Part shown: in pieces, positions 41,490 through 51,934 of the stretch
Layout: each line of letters starts with the position of its first letter
How positions within the stretch are numbered: the first letter of the stretch is position 1
From: Opitutaceae bacterium
Lineage (GTDB): Bacteria; Verrucomicrobiota; Verrucomicrobiia; Opitutales; Coraliomargaritaceae
Direction: 5' to 3'
Assembly: GCA_051252375.1 (NCBI GenBank)
Contig: JBPOFY010000002.1
Coordinates: 544,001-608,000 of the forward strand
Length of the DNA: 64,000 bases
Made by a program: the position numbers and the translations under genes
Notes under the pieces: generated by a model
Databases searched by the model: none
What the model saw: only the letters and a program-made list of their open reading frames with translations
Told to the model about the DNA's origin: nothing

Positions 41490-43241
41490 ATGAAGACCAC
41501 ATTCATATCCCCCCATCGATGGTTGGCGCTATGCCTGAGTCTTTTGCTCTGCGGACAAGCCATTGCTCGGACACTGGATGTTTCGATGCGGCACACACTT
41601 TCGGGGCAGCCGCTGATCCTTGACTCACTACGGTATCAAAACGCGAGCAAGGAAACCTTCTCGATTACTCGGCTGAGCTACTTGCTAAGCGATTTTGAGC
41701 TGCAAAATCGCACCGGGGAGTGGATACACATCCCAGACTCAATCGCATGGATTGATGCCTCTAAACATCGCAGCGACTTCCATATTGATTCAATCCCCGA
41801 GGGCACCTTCCAGGCAATCCGTTTCAGTGTAGGACTCAACGAAACGCTCAACCACAGCGACCCAAACCAATACCCAGCTGATCACCCGCTCAACCCCAGC
41901 CTCAACAATCTACATTGGAACTGGCAAGGCGGCTACATCTTCCTAGCGATCGAAGGGCATTTTCGAAAAGCGGAAAGCGATCTCACTGGCTACGTCTATC
42001 ACTTTGCCAACGACGCCCAACGCACCACGATCACGCTAGCGTTGCCCAAGGTCCTGACGAATGACGCAGCACTCGAAATTGATTTCGATATCGCGGCATT
42101 GCTCAATGCTCCCAAGCCACTTTCGTTTACAGAAGATGGCGCATCCACTCATTCTCACGAAGGCGATCCGATCGTTCAACGCCTGAAGCACAACCTTCCA
42201 GGTGCCTTTCAATTGAGGCGTATACTCGTCGCGAAAGAAACTGTTGCTGCCGCCCCACCAAAACCAATCGACCTTCCAGCCGCCCCAACTCCCCATCGCT
42301 TCACCATCAGTCAACGCCTCCCGATCCCGGCATTACCTCTCGACAACCCACTCATCACCGAACGCGTCGAGCTCGGCCGTCGACTATTTCACGACCCACA
42401 ACTTTCGATCGACAACACAGTCTCCTGCGCCTCCTGCCACCAAGAAGCGCACGCCCTATCCGACCCCAAGCCACAGAGTGACGGCGTAAACGGGCAAGTC
42501 AGTCGTCGCCATTCCATGCCTTTGTTCAACCTCGCTTGGAAAGACTCCTTTTTCTGGGACGGACGGGCTGCCACCCTACGTGAACAAGCACTCATCCCGA
42601 TTGAAGACCCACGCGAAATGGGCGAGTCGCTCGATAACGTCATTCAAAAACTCAGCGCCGATGCGGACTATCCGCCACTATTCGCCCAAGCATTTGGCTC
42701 TGGTGCCATCACGGCTGAAAACATGGGGCTAGCGATCGAAAATTTCCTGCTCAGCCTCACCTCTTACGATTCAAAATTTGATCGTGCGATAAAAGGCCAA
42801 GCCACGTTGAGCGACGCAGAGCAACGCGGCTTTGAGCTCTTCATGACCGAGTTCGAGCCTCGCTCCCGCCAATACGGCGCTGATTGCTTCCACTGCCACG
42901 GCGGCGCACTCTTCACCGACCATCGGCTACACGACAACGGACTCGAAAGCATTCAGGACCGCGGAAGAGGCGAAATCACCGGAAACCCAGCCGACGATAA
43001 TAAATTTTCAACCCCGTCACTGCGCAACGTCGCCCTCACCGCTCCTTACATGCACGATGGTCGTTTCGATACACTGGAAGCCGTCATGGAGCACTACAGC
43101 AGCGGACTGACGCAACGCGACACACTGGATCCAAACCTAGCGAAACACCCGAAGTCTGGTCTCCAACTCTCCGAAGCCGACAAGGCAGCACTCGTCGCGT
43201 TTTTAAAAACCCTCAGCGACCCGCAGTATATTCAAAACTAA
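41490..43241 (+). CDS. MbnP-like domain fused to di-heme cytochrome c peroxidase (MbnH/MauG family)
   Basis: Signal peptide from ATG 41490, LHWNWQGGYIF (MbnP WxW), CASCH and CFHCH heme motifs, FFWDGRA, TPSLRNVALTAPYMHDGRF. Confidence 0.85.
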   Translation: MKTTFISPHRWLALCLSLLLCGQAIARTLDVSMRHTLSGQPLILDSLRYQNASKETFSITRLSYLLSDFELQNRTGEWIHIPDSIAWIDASKHRSDFHIDSIPEGTFQAIRFSVGLNETLNHSDPNQYPADHPLNPSLNNLHWNWQGGYIFLAIEGHFRKAESDLTGYVYHFANDAQRTTITLALPKVLTNDAALEIDFDIAALLNAPKPLSFTEDGASTHSHEGDPIVQRLKHNLPGAFQLRRILVAKETVAAAPPKPIDLPAAPTPHRFTISQRLPIPALPLDNPLITERVELGRRLFHDPQLSIDNTVSCASCHQEAHALSDPKPQSDGVNGQVSRRHSMPLFNLAWKDSFFWDGRAATLREQALIPIEDPREMGESLDNVIQKLSADADYPPLFAQAFGSGAITAENMGLAIENFLLSLTSYDSKFDRAIKGQATLSDAEQRGFELFMTEFEPRSRQYGADCFHCHGGALFTDHRLHDNGLESIQDRGRGEITGNPADDNKFSTPSLRNVALTAPYMHDGRFDTLEAVMEHYSSGLTQRDTLDPNLAKHPKSGLQLSEADKAALVAFLKTLSDPQYIQN

Positions 43242-43243
43242 AT

Positions 43244-44068
43244 CTACTTTTGATAGACGCGGACGTAATCGATTAAATAGCGCGACGGAAACGTCGTGGC
43301 AGAGGGATCGCCGCCTTGATCGCCACCAATAGCCAGATTCAACAAAAGATACTGAGGATGGTTAAATGGATTTCCCGGACCACGACCGCCCTGATTTTTC
43401 ACCCCCTTTAGTTCAATGGTGTTGAGCAAACGATCATCCACGTAAAGGCGTATACTCGTCGCATCCCAATCCATCCGCCAAACGTGGAAATCCTCATCCC
43501 AGTCATCACCTCCTAATTCGGAAACCGGAATCTTCTGAGTATCCCAGATCGGCACCCCCCGACGGTCACTTTCCCAACAGGCATTCGCCAAAATACTGTT
43601 ATCGTAGTATTCCATCAGGTCGATTTCACCGTTTGATGGCCAAGGCTTATCGAGCCCTAGGAACCAGATCGCCGGCCATAGCCCTTCTTCAGCAACGATC
43701 TTTGCACGGACCTCAAAGCGTCCATACAGCCAATCGTGCAGGCCTTTTGTCCGCAACGAAGCAGCCGTATAATCAATGAACTCTCGGCGATGTTTCAGCT
43801 TCTTCGAATCTGGATTATATTCTGGATTCGGCTGACGCTCACGTCGCCCCTCAATAACCAAATACCCATCCTCACAAAAAGCATTCTCTGACTGATACCA
43901 TTGCAGCTCATTATTACGGACAAATCCCTGCTCATAATTCCAGTTCGCCGGATTTGGTCGACCGTCCACCTCGAATTCATCCGCCCAGACCAGTGTCCAC
44001 TCCGTCGCCGCGGCACTCGCAAGCAGGCCACTAATACAAAGCAAAATTAAAGAAATTCGATGCAACAT
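43244..44068 (-). CDS. Glycoside hydrolase family 16
   Basis: WTLVWADEF, GLWPAIW, catalytic EIDLME, IDYVRVYQ. Confidence 0.92.
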   Translation of the reverse strand: MLHRISLILLCISGLLASAAATEWTLVWADEFEVDGRPNPANWNYEQGFVRNNELQWYQSENAFCEDGYLVIEGRRERQPNPEYNPDSKKLKHRREFIDYTAASLRTKGLHDWLYGRFEVRAKIVAEEGLWPAIWFLGLDKPWPSNGEIDLMEYYDNSILANACWESDRRGVPIWDTQKIPVSELGGDDWDEDFHVWRMDWDATSIRLYVDDRLLNTIELKGVKNQGGRGPGNPFNHPQYLLLNLAIGGDQGGDPSATTFPSRYLIDYVRVYQK

Positions 44069-44071
44069 CGC

Positions 44072-45538
44072 CTACTGAACTTCGCTTTCGGCAGGAATCA
44101 AATCGATGTGGTGCTGGCGATTGATTCGATACCACTTCGGGCCTTCTGTCCAATCGGACTTAACGGATAGCGCCTTCCAAGCATTCAAAGTTTCACGCAT
44201 CGCAGCCAACTTTTCAGGATGGCGCTTTGCCACATTGTCTTGCTCCCCAATATCGTTCTTCAAATCATAGAGCGCGTAACCAAAGTCCTGCACATACATC
44301 AATTTCCAATCACCCTCCCGCATAGCGGAAAACCATTCTTTATGCCAGAAGAGGCGCTCATGCGGGCTGGCATTCACTTCACCTTGTATGAAGGGCATCA
44401 AATCACGGCCAGCAAAGTCGATGGCGTCGACGTCACCGCCTGCCAATTGAAGCGCCGTCGGCAAAATGTCGAGCGAAGAGACCATCGACTCATAAGTCGC
44501 ACCCGCAGCTAATTTACCCGGCCAGCTCATAACATAGGGCACACGTATACCACCTTCGAACTTAATGCCCTTAAAGCCATTCAAAGGATAATTATTCGAA
44601 GCGTTATCGAGAATCGGCCCACCATTATCACTTAAGAAAATCACCAGAGTATTCTCTAAAAAGCCCTTTGATCTCACTGCATCCATCACTTGACCGACAC
44701 CACGATCCATTGCCCATATCATGGCCGCATAGGTGCGACGCTTCTTATCTTTGATATGTTCGAAAAGCTTCAGGTCTGCTTCAGTAGCATGCATCGGCCC
44801 GTGTGGTGCGGTGTAAGAAAGATACAGGAAAAATGGCGCTTCCTCGGATTGAGCTTCGATAAATTCAACCGCTTTCCCTGAGAAAAAATCAGTTATGTAA
44901 CCTTCGAAACCAAGATACTCTCCGTTCAACTCGATTGCCTTAAAACTACCCGGCTTATCATCCTTTTCATGATGAAAATAACTCCGCGACCCTGCCCTCA
45001 ACCCGCAGAAGTAATCAAACCCCCGATTCGTGGGGTAGAATGGATCTGAATTACCCAAATGCCATTTACCAATCGCGCCTGTTCGATAGCTTTGAGCCTT
45101 CAATAAATCAGCCATCGTCTTTTCATTAAGATTCATCCCCAAATGCGATGGTGGCGAATTAGGCTCATGCCCGAACTGCTGTTGATAGCGACCAGTCATC
45201 AAACCGGCCCGCGACGGACTACAAACCGAAGCCGAAACATAAGCATTCGTGAACCGCACACCGGACGCGGCGATGGCATCCAAATGTGGGCTTCTTATTT
45301 CCTTAGACCCCTGAAAGCCCAAATCATTATAGCCCAGATCATCGGCCAGAATAAGTAGTATGTTCGGTTTCACTTGAAGCTCCGCCCCTGCTGGATCCGC
45401 CTGAGCAGGTGAACCAAGAAAAACACCGGCGAGCATTACCATGCAGCAAGCCATCCATAGCCGATGTAGAGATCTCAAGTGATTGCACAAAACTGCGCTG
45501 GATATTGGAAATTGAAAGTTTTGGGACCTATTCTTCAT
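44072..45538 (-). CDS. Sulfatase (S1, Cys-type)
   Basis: PNILLILADDLGY, CSPSRAGLMTGRY, GKWHLG, SDNGG; true start may be a downstream Met. Confidence 0.92.
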   Translation of the reverse strand: MKNRSQNFQFPISSAVLCNHLRSLHRLWMACCMVMLAGVFLGSPAQADPAGAELQVKPNILLILADDLGYNDLGFQGSKEIRSPHLDAIAASGVRFTNAYVSASVCSPSRAGLMTGRYQQQFGHEPNSPPSHLGMNLNEKTMADLLKAQSYRTGAIGKWHLGNSDPFYPTNRGFDYFCGLRAGSRSYFHHEKDDKPGSFKAIELNGEYLGFEGYITDFFSGKAVEFIEAQSEEAPFFLYLSYTAPHGPMHATEADLKLFEHIKDKKRRTYAAMIWAMDRGVGQVMDAVRSKGFLENTLVIFLSDNGGPILDNASNNYPLNGFKGIKFEGGIRVPYVMSWPGKLAAGATYESMVSSLDILPTALQLAGGDVDAIDFAGRDLMPFIQGEVNASPHERLFWHKEWFSAMREGDWKLMYVQDFGYALYDLKNDIGEQDNVAKRHPEKLAAMRETLNAWKALSVKSDWTEGPKWYRINRQHHIDLIPAESEVQ

Positions 45539-45731
45539 TATAATTTCGACGTAAATATACGGATAATAATTTCACAGGACCGTGTAACTGTAAAGGTTTT
45601 GCCTTTTTCACCATATAACGATCACAACCGGGCAATCGCCACTCGCCAGCAAGCTGTCCGACTACCCACAACATTTGCGACTTGCCAAGTCACAACACCT
45701 GCACAAATTTTCGTGTCTGCTTGGATAACAC

Positions 45732-45807
45732 GCCGAAATAGCTCAGTTGGTAGAGCAACTCATTCGTAATGAGTAGGTCGTCAGTTCGATTCTGATTTTC
45801 GGCTCCA
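45732..45807 (+). tRNA. tRNA-Thr (CGT)
   Basis: GCCGAAATAGCTCAGTTGGTAGAGCA-ACTCA-TTCGTAA-TGAGT...GTTCGATTC...TTTCGGCTCCA. Confidence 0.96.
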
Positions 45808-45916
45808 AGGCACCCGCCCGAGTCCGATCGACCGAACTATGTTAGCAACGCTATTTACCGTTTAATGCGTAAACAATCTTTGCATTTTCTACATTATAAC
45901 ATAGTTATTGTTAAGT

Positions 45917-47152
45917 ATGTGGACCATTCATGAACTGACCGTTACCCCATCTCAACCTCAAGTTTATTGCTGCGACGGACATCCGATCCTCGCATATGCA
46001 CGCCAAGCTGATGCAGGCGTTTGTAGACTACTGGTCGGCACATTGGGTTACCTCGATATCAACTGCACCAGCCACCACAATGGCGGGCTCATCTACTCGA
46101 CATTAGACTTTAATGGTCAAAGCCTTACCTTTGGTGCGACCGCCGACATCTCTATCGCAATCGATGCAGATACCGGCTTCACCGTGACTTTCGAAGGCAC
46201 GACTGTGACGGGTGCCCTCACTCCGCTCTCACCCTTGGCTGGTTTCACGATCAATGCTTTTCGCGAAATGATAAAGCTCCAGATCGTGCCCTACCTCAAT
46301 CCCCCTAGTGGCACTCCAAAATCAAACGCGGAACTGCAAGCACTCGCCGACACTTACTATCCAAGCGACATATACGGCTTCGACAAAGCCATGGCGCTCT
46401 ACGACTGGACCTCCGCAAGCTTCATCCGCCAAGACCTCTTTCACCAGCTGCGCTACACTGGAGTGCCGGGGCAACCCCTTGACCTGAAAACCATGGCTCG
46501 TGTCATCTGGGGCTGCAACTACCCTGGCTACACCGCAAAAGATGCTAACTTCATGAACGCTTTAATGATGAAGCCCGCGAGAGATGAAGCCGACGTCTAC
46601 AATCAACTACTCAGCGTCTATGAACGACTACTACCGCTCGCAACAGCCGAGATGAATGTAATGGAGCACGCGATCCTAGGACTACTACCTGTAAGTGTGA
46701 TCGAATACCCTCAACTCTATCGTGGTGCCATGCCGATGACAGGCGGGTATAATACCGCCGACTTTTCGCCCTCCATGTTTGAATACTCAGGAAACTGGGG
46801 CCCCACGGATGCGCCGCTCGTGCAAGCATTCGAAGACGCCCTGAATGGTTGCCTGATTCCGGGCTCAATCATCACCACAAAAGGCCCATGGAGTTTCTCC
46901 AACGACTTGGACGGCGCCAAAGTCTGGCAACAGGGCATTCTCATCACATGCAATCCACCGGAGGGGACCTCGGTATGGCCGGGCAGTGCTAACATCACTC
47001 CATTCTCGCTCAATCCTGGCACATTCGAAATCAATATGCCCCCACCGACTCGCTACCGGATCGATAGTTACGAGTGGATCACAATCCAAGACAAACCTGT
47101 TTGCCATTTCACAATGACTCATCTTGGATATTGCGCGACCCCCTTGGTGTAA
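45917..47152 (+). CDS. Putative ADP-ribosyltransferase (R-S-E clade) with N-terminal beta-rich domain
   Basis: ALYDWT..LR helix, LYRG, WSFS and ANITPFSLNPGTFEINMPPPTRYRI, in the expected order. Confidence 0.6.
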   Translation: MWTIHELTVTPSQPQVYCCDGHPILAYARQADAGVCRLLVGTLGYLDINCTSHHNGGLIYSTLDFNGQSLTFGATADISIAIDADTGFTVTFEGTTVTGALTPLSPLAGFTINAFREMIKLQIVPYLNPPSGTPKSNAELQALADTYYPSDIYGFDKAMALYDWTSASFIRQDLFHQLRYTGVPGQPLDLKTMARVIWGCNYPGYTAKDANFMNALMMKPARDEADVYNQLLSVYERLLPLATAEMNVMEHAILGLLPVSVIEYPQLYRGAMPMTGGYNTADFSPSMFEYSGNWGPTDAPLVQAFEDALNGCLIPGSIITTKGPWSFSNDLDGAKVWQQGILITCNPPEGTSVWPGSANITPFSLNPGTFEINMPPPTRYRIDSYEWITIQDKPVCHFTMTHLGYCATPLV

Positions 47153-47197
47153 CTGTTTTTAAATTAAATCTTATCTCTAAGCACTACACCCCATCCA

Positions 47198-48370
47198 ATG
47201 AATCCAGCAACAACAGTCCCCGATTCATTATCAGAAAATCGCCCGATTCTGATTGTCGATGACGAAGCGCAAAACCTACAACTAGTCGGTGAGATTCTAC
47301 GCAGAGAACATCTCCCGTTTATTTTTGCCCTCAATGGCGCGGAAGCTTTGGAAGTCATAAAAGATCAGACTCCGTCATTGATTCTGCTAGATGTCATGAT
47401 GCCTGGCCTCGATGGTTTTCAAGTTTGCCAAAAGATAAAAGAGGATCCCATCACGAAAGAAATCCCGATCATTTTCCTAACAGCATCCTCCGAAATCAGT
47501 GACATCGTCAGTGGGTTCAGCGCCGGCGGCGTCGATTACATCAAAAAACCTTTTGTTCGCGAAGAACTACTCGCACGTGTCAACACGCATTTAGATCTAC
47601 ATGCAGCACGTCTAAAATTAGCACGATTGCATGACTATAAGAGCGACTTAATTACCACGATGGCTCACGACATCAAGAACCCTGCGGGCGGCATACAGGG
47701 ACTGGCGCTGCTGTTGAAATCTGACATCGCAGCCGGAGAATCGATCAACCGAGCAGAGCTTTGCTCTGTTCTCGAATTGATACACGAGAGCTCTCTCGGC
47801 ATCTCCAACCTGGTGCATGAAATCCTAGAAGACGCCCAAAACGAGCATGGAATGAGCATCGACCAATGCATCAACCCGATCAGCGTCGCGAATGTATTAA
47901 GACACCTCATTGAAATAAACGGTGTCCACGCTCGGGAAAAATCAATCTACTTGGAGTTCGATTGCACATACGAGCCCTTTATCGGCATCAGTCGACGAAT
48001 CCTCTGCAGTATCTTCGACAACATTATTAGCAATGCAGTTAAATATTCACCTCCTGAATCGAAGGTCATCCTACGCCTGAAAAAATCCGATCGTATTCAG
48101 GGAGGTCTACTCTTCGAAGTAGAAGATACGGCAGAGCGCATCAGCGAAGAGTTGAAAGCCACCTTATTCAAAAAATTCACCTCTGGCGACCAGCCAACAC
48201 ACAATCAATCGACATCTCACGGAGTGGGTCTCTCGATTGTTAAACGACTAGTCGAAATGCATAACGGTCATCTACACATCGAGAGCAGTGCTCATGAGTG
48301 TGGCAACGTGTTTATGGTCCACCTTCCGATGCAAGTGGAAAATGAACCTTCCGCGCCAAGTAATCACTAA
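47198..48370 (+). CDS. Hybrid response regulator / histidine kinase (REC-HisKA-HATPase)
   Basis: ILIVDD, LLDVMMPGLDG, AHDIKNP, NIISNAVKYS, GVGLSIVK. Confidence 0.92.
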   Translation: MNPATTVPDSLSENRPILIVDDEAQNLQLVGEILRREHLPFIFALNGAEALEVIKDQTPSLILLDVMMPGLDGFQVCQKIKEDPITKEIPIIFLTASSEISDIVSGFSAGGVDYIKKPFVREELLARVNTHLDLHAARLKLARLHDYKSDLITTMAHDIKNPAGGIQGLALLLKSDIAAGESINRAELCSVLELIHESSLGISNLVHEILEDAQNEHGMSIDQCINPISVANVLRHLIEINGVHAREKSIYLEFDCTYEPFIGISRRILCSIFDNIISNAVKYSPPESKVILRLKKSDRIQGGLLFEVEDTAERISEELKATLFKKFTSGDQPTHNQSTSHGVGLSIVKRLVEMHNGHLHIESSAHECGNVFMVHLPMQVENEPSAPSNH

Positions 48371-48379
48371 TTCAATTTC

Positions 48380-51300
48380 ATGCTAGCCGCCATATTTAGA
48401 CAGCAAGTCCAGCATCTACTCTCGAGCACGCTCGTAACCATCGGGCTACTCGCGACAGTAGGTTCAGCTAGCCTACACGCAGGCGAAGATGCCAAAATCA
48501 TCGGACTAGAAGATTATATCGTTAAGAATATAACAACCGATGAGGGCCTGCCCATGAATCAGTTGAACTATCTGGCGACCTCTAAGCGTGGCTTTCTATG
48601 GATCGCAACGTTTGAAGGTCTCATACGATATGACGGCAATTCCTTCAAAGCCATCACTCACCAGGATTTCTCAAACCTCAAAGGTGGTGCCTTTGATATT
48701 AAAGTCGATAAACACGATACCGTCTGGTCATTCGATACCAACTATCGCTACCTATTCCGCCTCAACGATGGCATCATCCACTCATGGTCCACAGATACAA
48801 TCACCCAAGTCGTGGACTACACTTTGTTCCACGACTGGGATGATGAAGTCCTGTTCCTTGGGGGCAATGAGTTCTACACAATCGTCGACAATCAAATCAC
48901 TAAAGTCGACATTCCAGGTCTAGAGGGCACCACAATCCATGACGCTCTATTCGCTAAGGATGGATGCCTTTGGATTGCCGACAAACAGGCAGGTCTCTAC
49001 TACATAAAAGATGGGCAACAGCAATTCCACGACCTCACGGATCTGAATACGGTTTCCAAACGAATCCTAGGACTCGAGGAAGCAGCAGATGGCAGCATTT
49101 GGGCCATTACCAGCGAGAACGATCTACTGCATTATCAATCCGATTCATGGTCTGTATTCCAAGACGCAACACTTGCTCAAAGCGGACTGACACGCGACAT
49201 GCTTGCCGAAGACAATGGCAGCCTTTGGATCGGCACTCAAAACGGAATGTTTCGTTACTTCGAAGGTGAAATAGAAAAGCTAGCTCAAGATTACAATCAG
49301 GATGACGACCACATATTCTCAATCGCAAAGACCCAAGAAGGGAGCATCGCCTATACGACCTTTAATAATGGGCTAAAGCTATTACAGAAACCTCTTTTCA
49401 AATCATACACAGCTCGGCATGGCATCCACCAAGGTGCCGCACGCAGTATCGTTGCATTGGACGAAACAAGCTATCTGATCGGACACACTGATGGCGTGAA
49501 TTACATCGATACGGCTAGCGATACCGTGCAGAAACGCTTCCCCGAGTTAAACGGCATAGATGTCACAGACATTGTAGTCATCAATGAAAATGAGTTTTAC
49601 TTCTCGACCTACGGGCAGGGGCTATACCACTACAAAGATGGCGAGTTTAAACGCTACACTCAAGCGGATGGCTTAGCATCCGACACCATCTATCGGATGG
49701 CCCTCGATACAGAAAAGAACCTACTCCTAGGCACCTATTCAGGATTAGATATATTTGATGGCGAGCGCTTCAAAAACATTTCAGTCGAGGACGGCTTACA
49801 CTCCAACATCGTATTATCTCTTTACTATGATTCATCAGACACCCTCTGGCTTTCCATCGCAGCTGGCGGCATCGCAAAGTATATAGACGGTGAAGTCATA
49901 CCGATCACCAATAATACTAGCTTGGAAAATGTCACCGTGTTCCATCTTTTAGAAGACGAAGAAGGAACGATCTGGGGAGGTTATAGCGGTGGTGTCCTCA
50001 GAATTAAGGATGATGAACTACGCACTTATTCGCTCTCAGGTATTTTCCCCCGAGCAAACATCTTCCATGTTTGGAACGATGGTTTAGAGCACCTCTGGCT
50101 AACATCGAATGCAGGCCTATATCGAGTCGACATCAGCTGGTTCAACGAACCATCCCTACCGGACAGTTTACCATTTGCTAGCTTCCTTACAACCGAAGGT
50201 CTCCCCTCGAATAACATAACCGCCATTTCTAGGGCACACCTTTCAAAAGACAATGAACTATGGCTCCCCTTCAGCGGCGGCGTTGTCCGTGTAGCACCTG
50301 AAAAAGCCGACACCCCCAGCTTTATTCCGGACGTATTTATCCATGAAGTGATCGCCAATGGTCAACCGACACGAACGCATGCGTTTCAAGAAACGCCCAG
50401 AATCGACTTCGAACCCGGTCTTCGCTATCTCAGAATCAACTACACTTCACCTGCATTTCAATCAAGCGACCGCTCGGTTTTCCACACACGACTCAAAGGT
50501 TTTGAAGATTGGATCAACACCTCTCGCCGAGAAGCCGTATATACAAACTTACCGCCCGGCGAATACACTTTTGAAGTCGGCGCAGGCAAACGGGAGAACA
50601 ACCAGGAGCTCAAGGAGCTTGCACAAATTCACTTCAGCGTAGCGCCCTACTTCCACCAAACACCATACTTCTATGCTTTAGCGGCTAGCGTATGCCTACT
50701 CATCGGCTTCCGCATTAATAACGTCCGACTCAAAGCTATCCGCAGGCAAAAATTACGCCTGACTGAGCAAGTAAATGTCAGGACAAAAGAACTACAGCAC
50801 CGTAGTGAAGAACTCCTTATCGCAAAGGAGCACGCAGAGTCTGCGAATCGAATTAAGAGCGAATTTACCGCAAATATCAGTCACGAGATTCGCACACCAA
50901 TGAACTCAATCATTGGCTTCACCGAAATCCTGCGAACAGAGATAAAAGACCCCACTCATCAAAATTATCTAGAGGCAGTCATCAAATCCAGTGAAACACT
51001 CCTCACTATGATTGATGACTTACTCGATCTCTCCAAGATCGAAGCCAATAAGTTGAATCTCTTTCCACGCGCCTGCAATTTGCCAGAAAATTGCCGTGAC
51101 ACACTTCAAATGCTTGATCCAAAGCTCGCAGAAAAAGGGCTTAAGCTCACCTACACCTCCGATCCTAGTATACCGGACAGCCTGCTGATCGACCCAACAC
51201 GCTTTAGGCAAGTCCTACTCAACTTAGTCGGCAATGCGATTAAGTTTACCGATGAAGGCACTATTCTAGTTAATCTACAACTCGTTAGTAATAACGGAAA

Positions 51301-51910
51301 ATTCGCCCATATCCGTTGCACGGTCAGCGATACTGGCGATGGTATTCCGAAAGATAAACTTCAACGCATCTTCAATGCCTTTGAACAGGCGAGCCGCGAT
51401 TACACACGCAAAGAAACGGGCTCCGGACTCGGACTCGCCATTTCAAAGCAACTGGTAGAAATGATGGACGGAAAAATCGCTGTGGAAAGTATCCTCGGCA
51501 TGGGCTCTACCTTTACCGTCGATATGCCAAAGCTCGAAATCATCACCGACGAACATACAGAAGACGCCACCAATCCGACACATCAGCCATTGACCGGAAA
51601 TACCATTCACAGGGCATCGAAGAATGAAGGCGAACTCTGTGACGACATACTCGAAGCGATTAAAAGCATCGCAAATGACGAGATCAAAGCATCGCTAAAA
51701 ACCATATTTGAAGCTGAAATGATTCCCGCTCTGCAGCTGATGGATATTACACAAATCGAATCCGCCATTGTGAAGCTTAAGGCAATCGCCGACAATCAAA
51801 TCGAACACCCTATTTTTCAATTATGCATTCGCATCGAAAACTATACCAAAAACTTATCCATCGATCATTGCCGTAAACTTCGCGCAAAACTGACAGCATT
51901 CACACAATAG
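48380..51910 (+). CDS. Sensor histidine kinase with periplasmic beta-propeller and Y_Y_Y domain
   Basis: GLPMN/LWIAT/DGLHSN propeller repeats, [15 protein letters not shown] helix, [27 protein letters not shown]. Confidence 0.9.
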   Translation: MLAAIFRQQVQHLLSSTLVTIGLLATVGSASLHAGEDAKIIGLEDYIVKNITTDEGLPMNQLNYLATSKRGFLWIATFEGLIRYDGNSFKAITHQDFSNLKGGAFDIKVDKHDTVWSFDTNYRYLFRLNDGIIHSWSTDTITQVVDYTLFHDWDDEVLFLGGNEFYTIVDNQITKVDIPGLEGTTIHDALFAKDGCLWIADKQAGLYYIKDGQQQFHDLTDLNTVSKRILGLEEAADGSIWAITSENDLLHYQSDSWSVFQDATLAQSGLTRDMLAEDNGSLWIGTQNGMFRYFEGEIEKLAQDYNQDDDHIFSIAKTQEGSIAYTTFNNGLKLLQKPLFKSYTARHGIHQGAARSIVALDETSYLIGHTDGVNYIDTASDTVQKRFPELNGIDVTDIVVINENEFYFSTYGQGLYHYKDGEFKRYTQADGLASDTIYRMALDTEKNLLLGTYSGLDIFDGERFKNISVEDGLHSNIVLSLYYDSSDTLWLSIAAGGIAKYIDGEVIPITNNTSLENVTVFHLLEDEEGTIWGGYSGGVLRIKDDELRTYSLSGIFPRANIFHVWNDGLEHLWLTSNAGLYRVDISWFNEPSLPDSLPFASFLTTEGLPSNNITAISRAHLSKDNELWLPFSGGVVRVAPEKADTPSFIPDVFIHEVIANGQPTRTHAFQETPRIDFEPGLRYLRINYTSPAFQSSDRSVFHTRLKGFEDWINTSRREAVYTNLPPGEYTFEVGAGKRENNQELKELAQIHFSVAPYFHQTPYFYALAASVCLLIGFRINNVRLKAIRRQKLRLTEQVNVRTKELQHRSEELLIAKEHAESANRIKSEFTANISHEIRTPMNSIIGFTEILRTEIKDPTHQNYLEAVIKSSETLLTMIDDLLDLSKIEANKLNLFPRACNLPENCRDTLQMLDPKLAEKGLKLTYTSDPSIPDSLLIDPTRFRQVLLNLVGNAIKFTDEGTILVNLQLVSNNGKFAHIRCTVSDTGDGIPKDKLQRIFNAFEQASRDYTRKETGSGLGLAISKQLVEMMDGKIAVESILGMGSTFTVDMPKLEIITDEHTEDATNPTHQPLTGNTIHRASKNEGELCDDILEAIKSIANDEIKASLKTIFEAEMIPALQLMDITQIESAIVKLKAIADNQIEHPIFQLCIRIENYTKNLSIDHCRKLRAKLTAFTQ

Positions 51911-51934
51911 AAAAAGCAGACCCCATTCATCCAT

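Noticed and set aside
45910..47200. ART-like gene as an integron cassette (GTTAAGT directly before the ATG)
   Set aside because: The 3' end has GTGTAAC, not the complementary ACTTAAC, and no attC hairpin follows.
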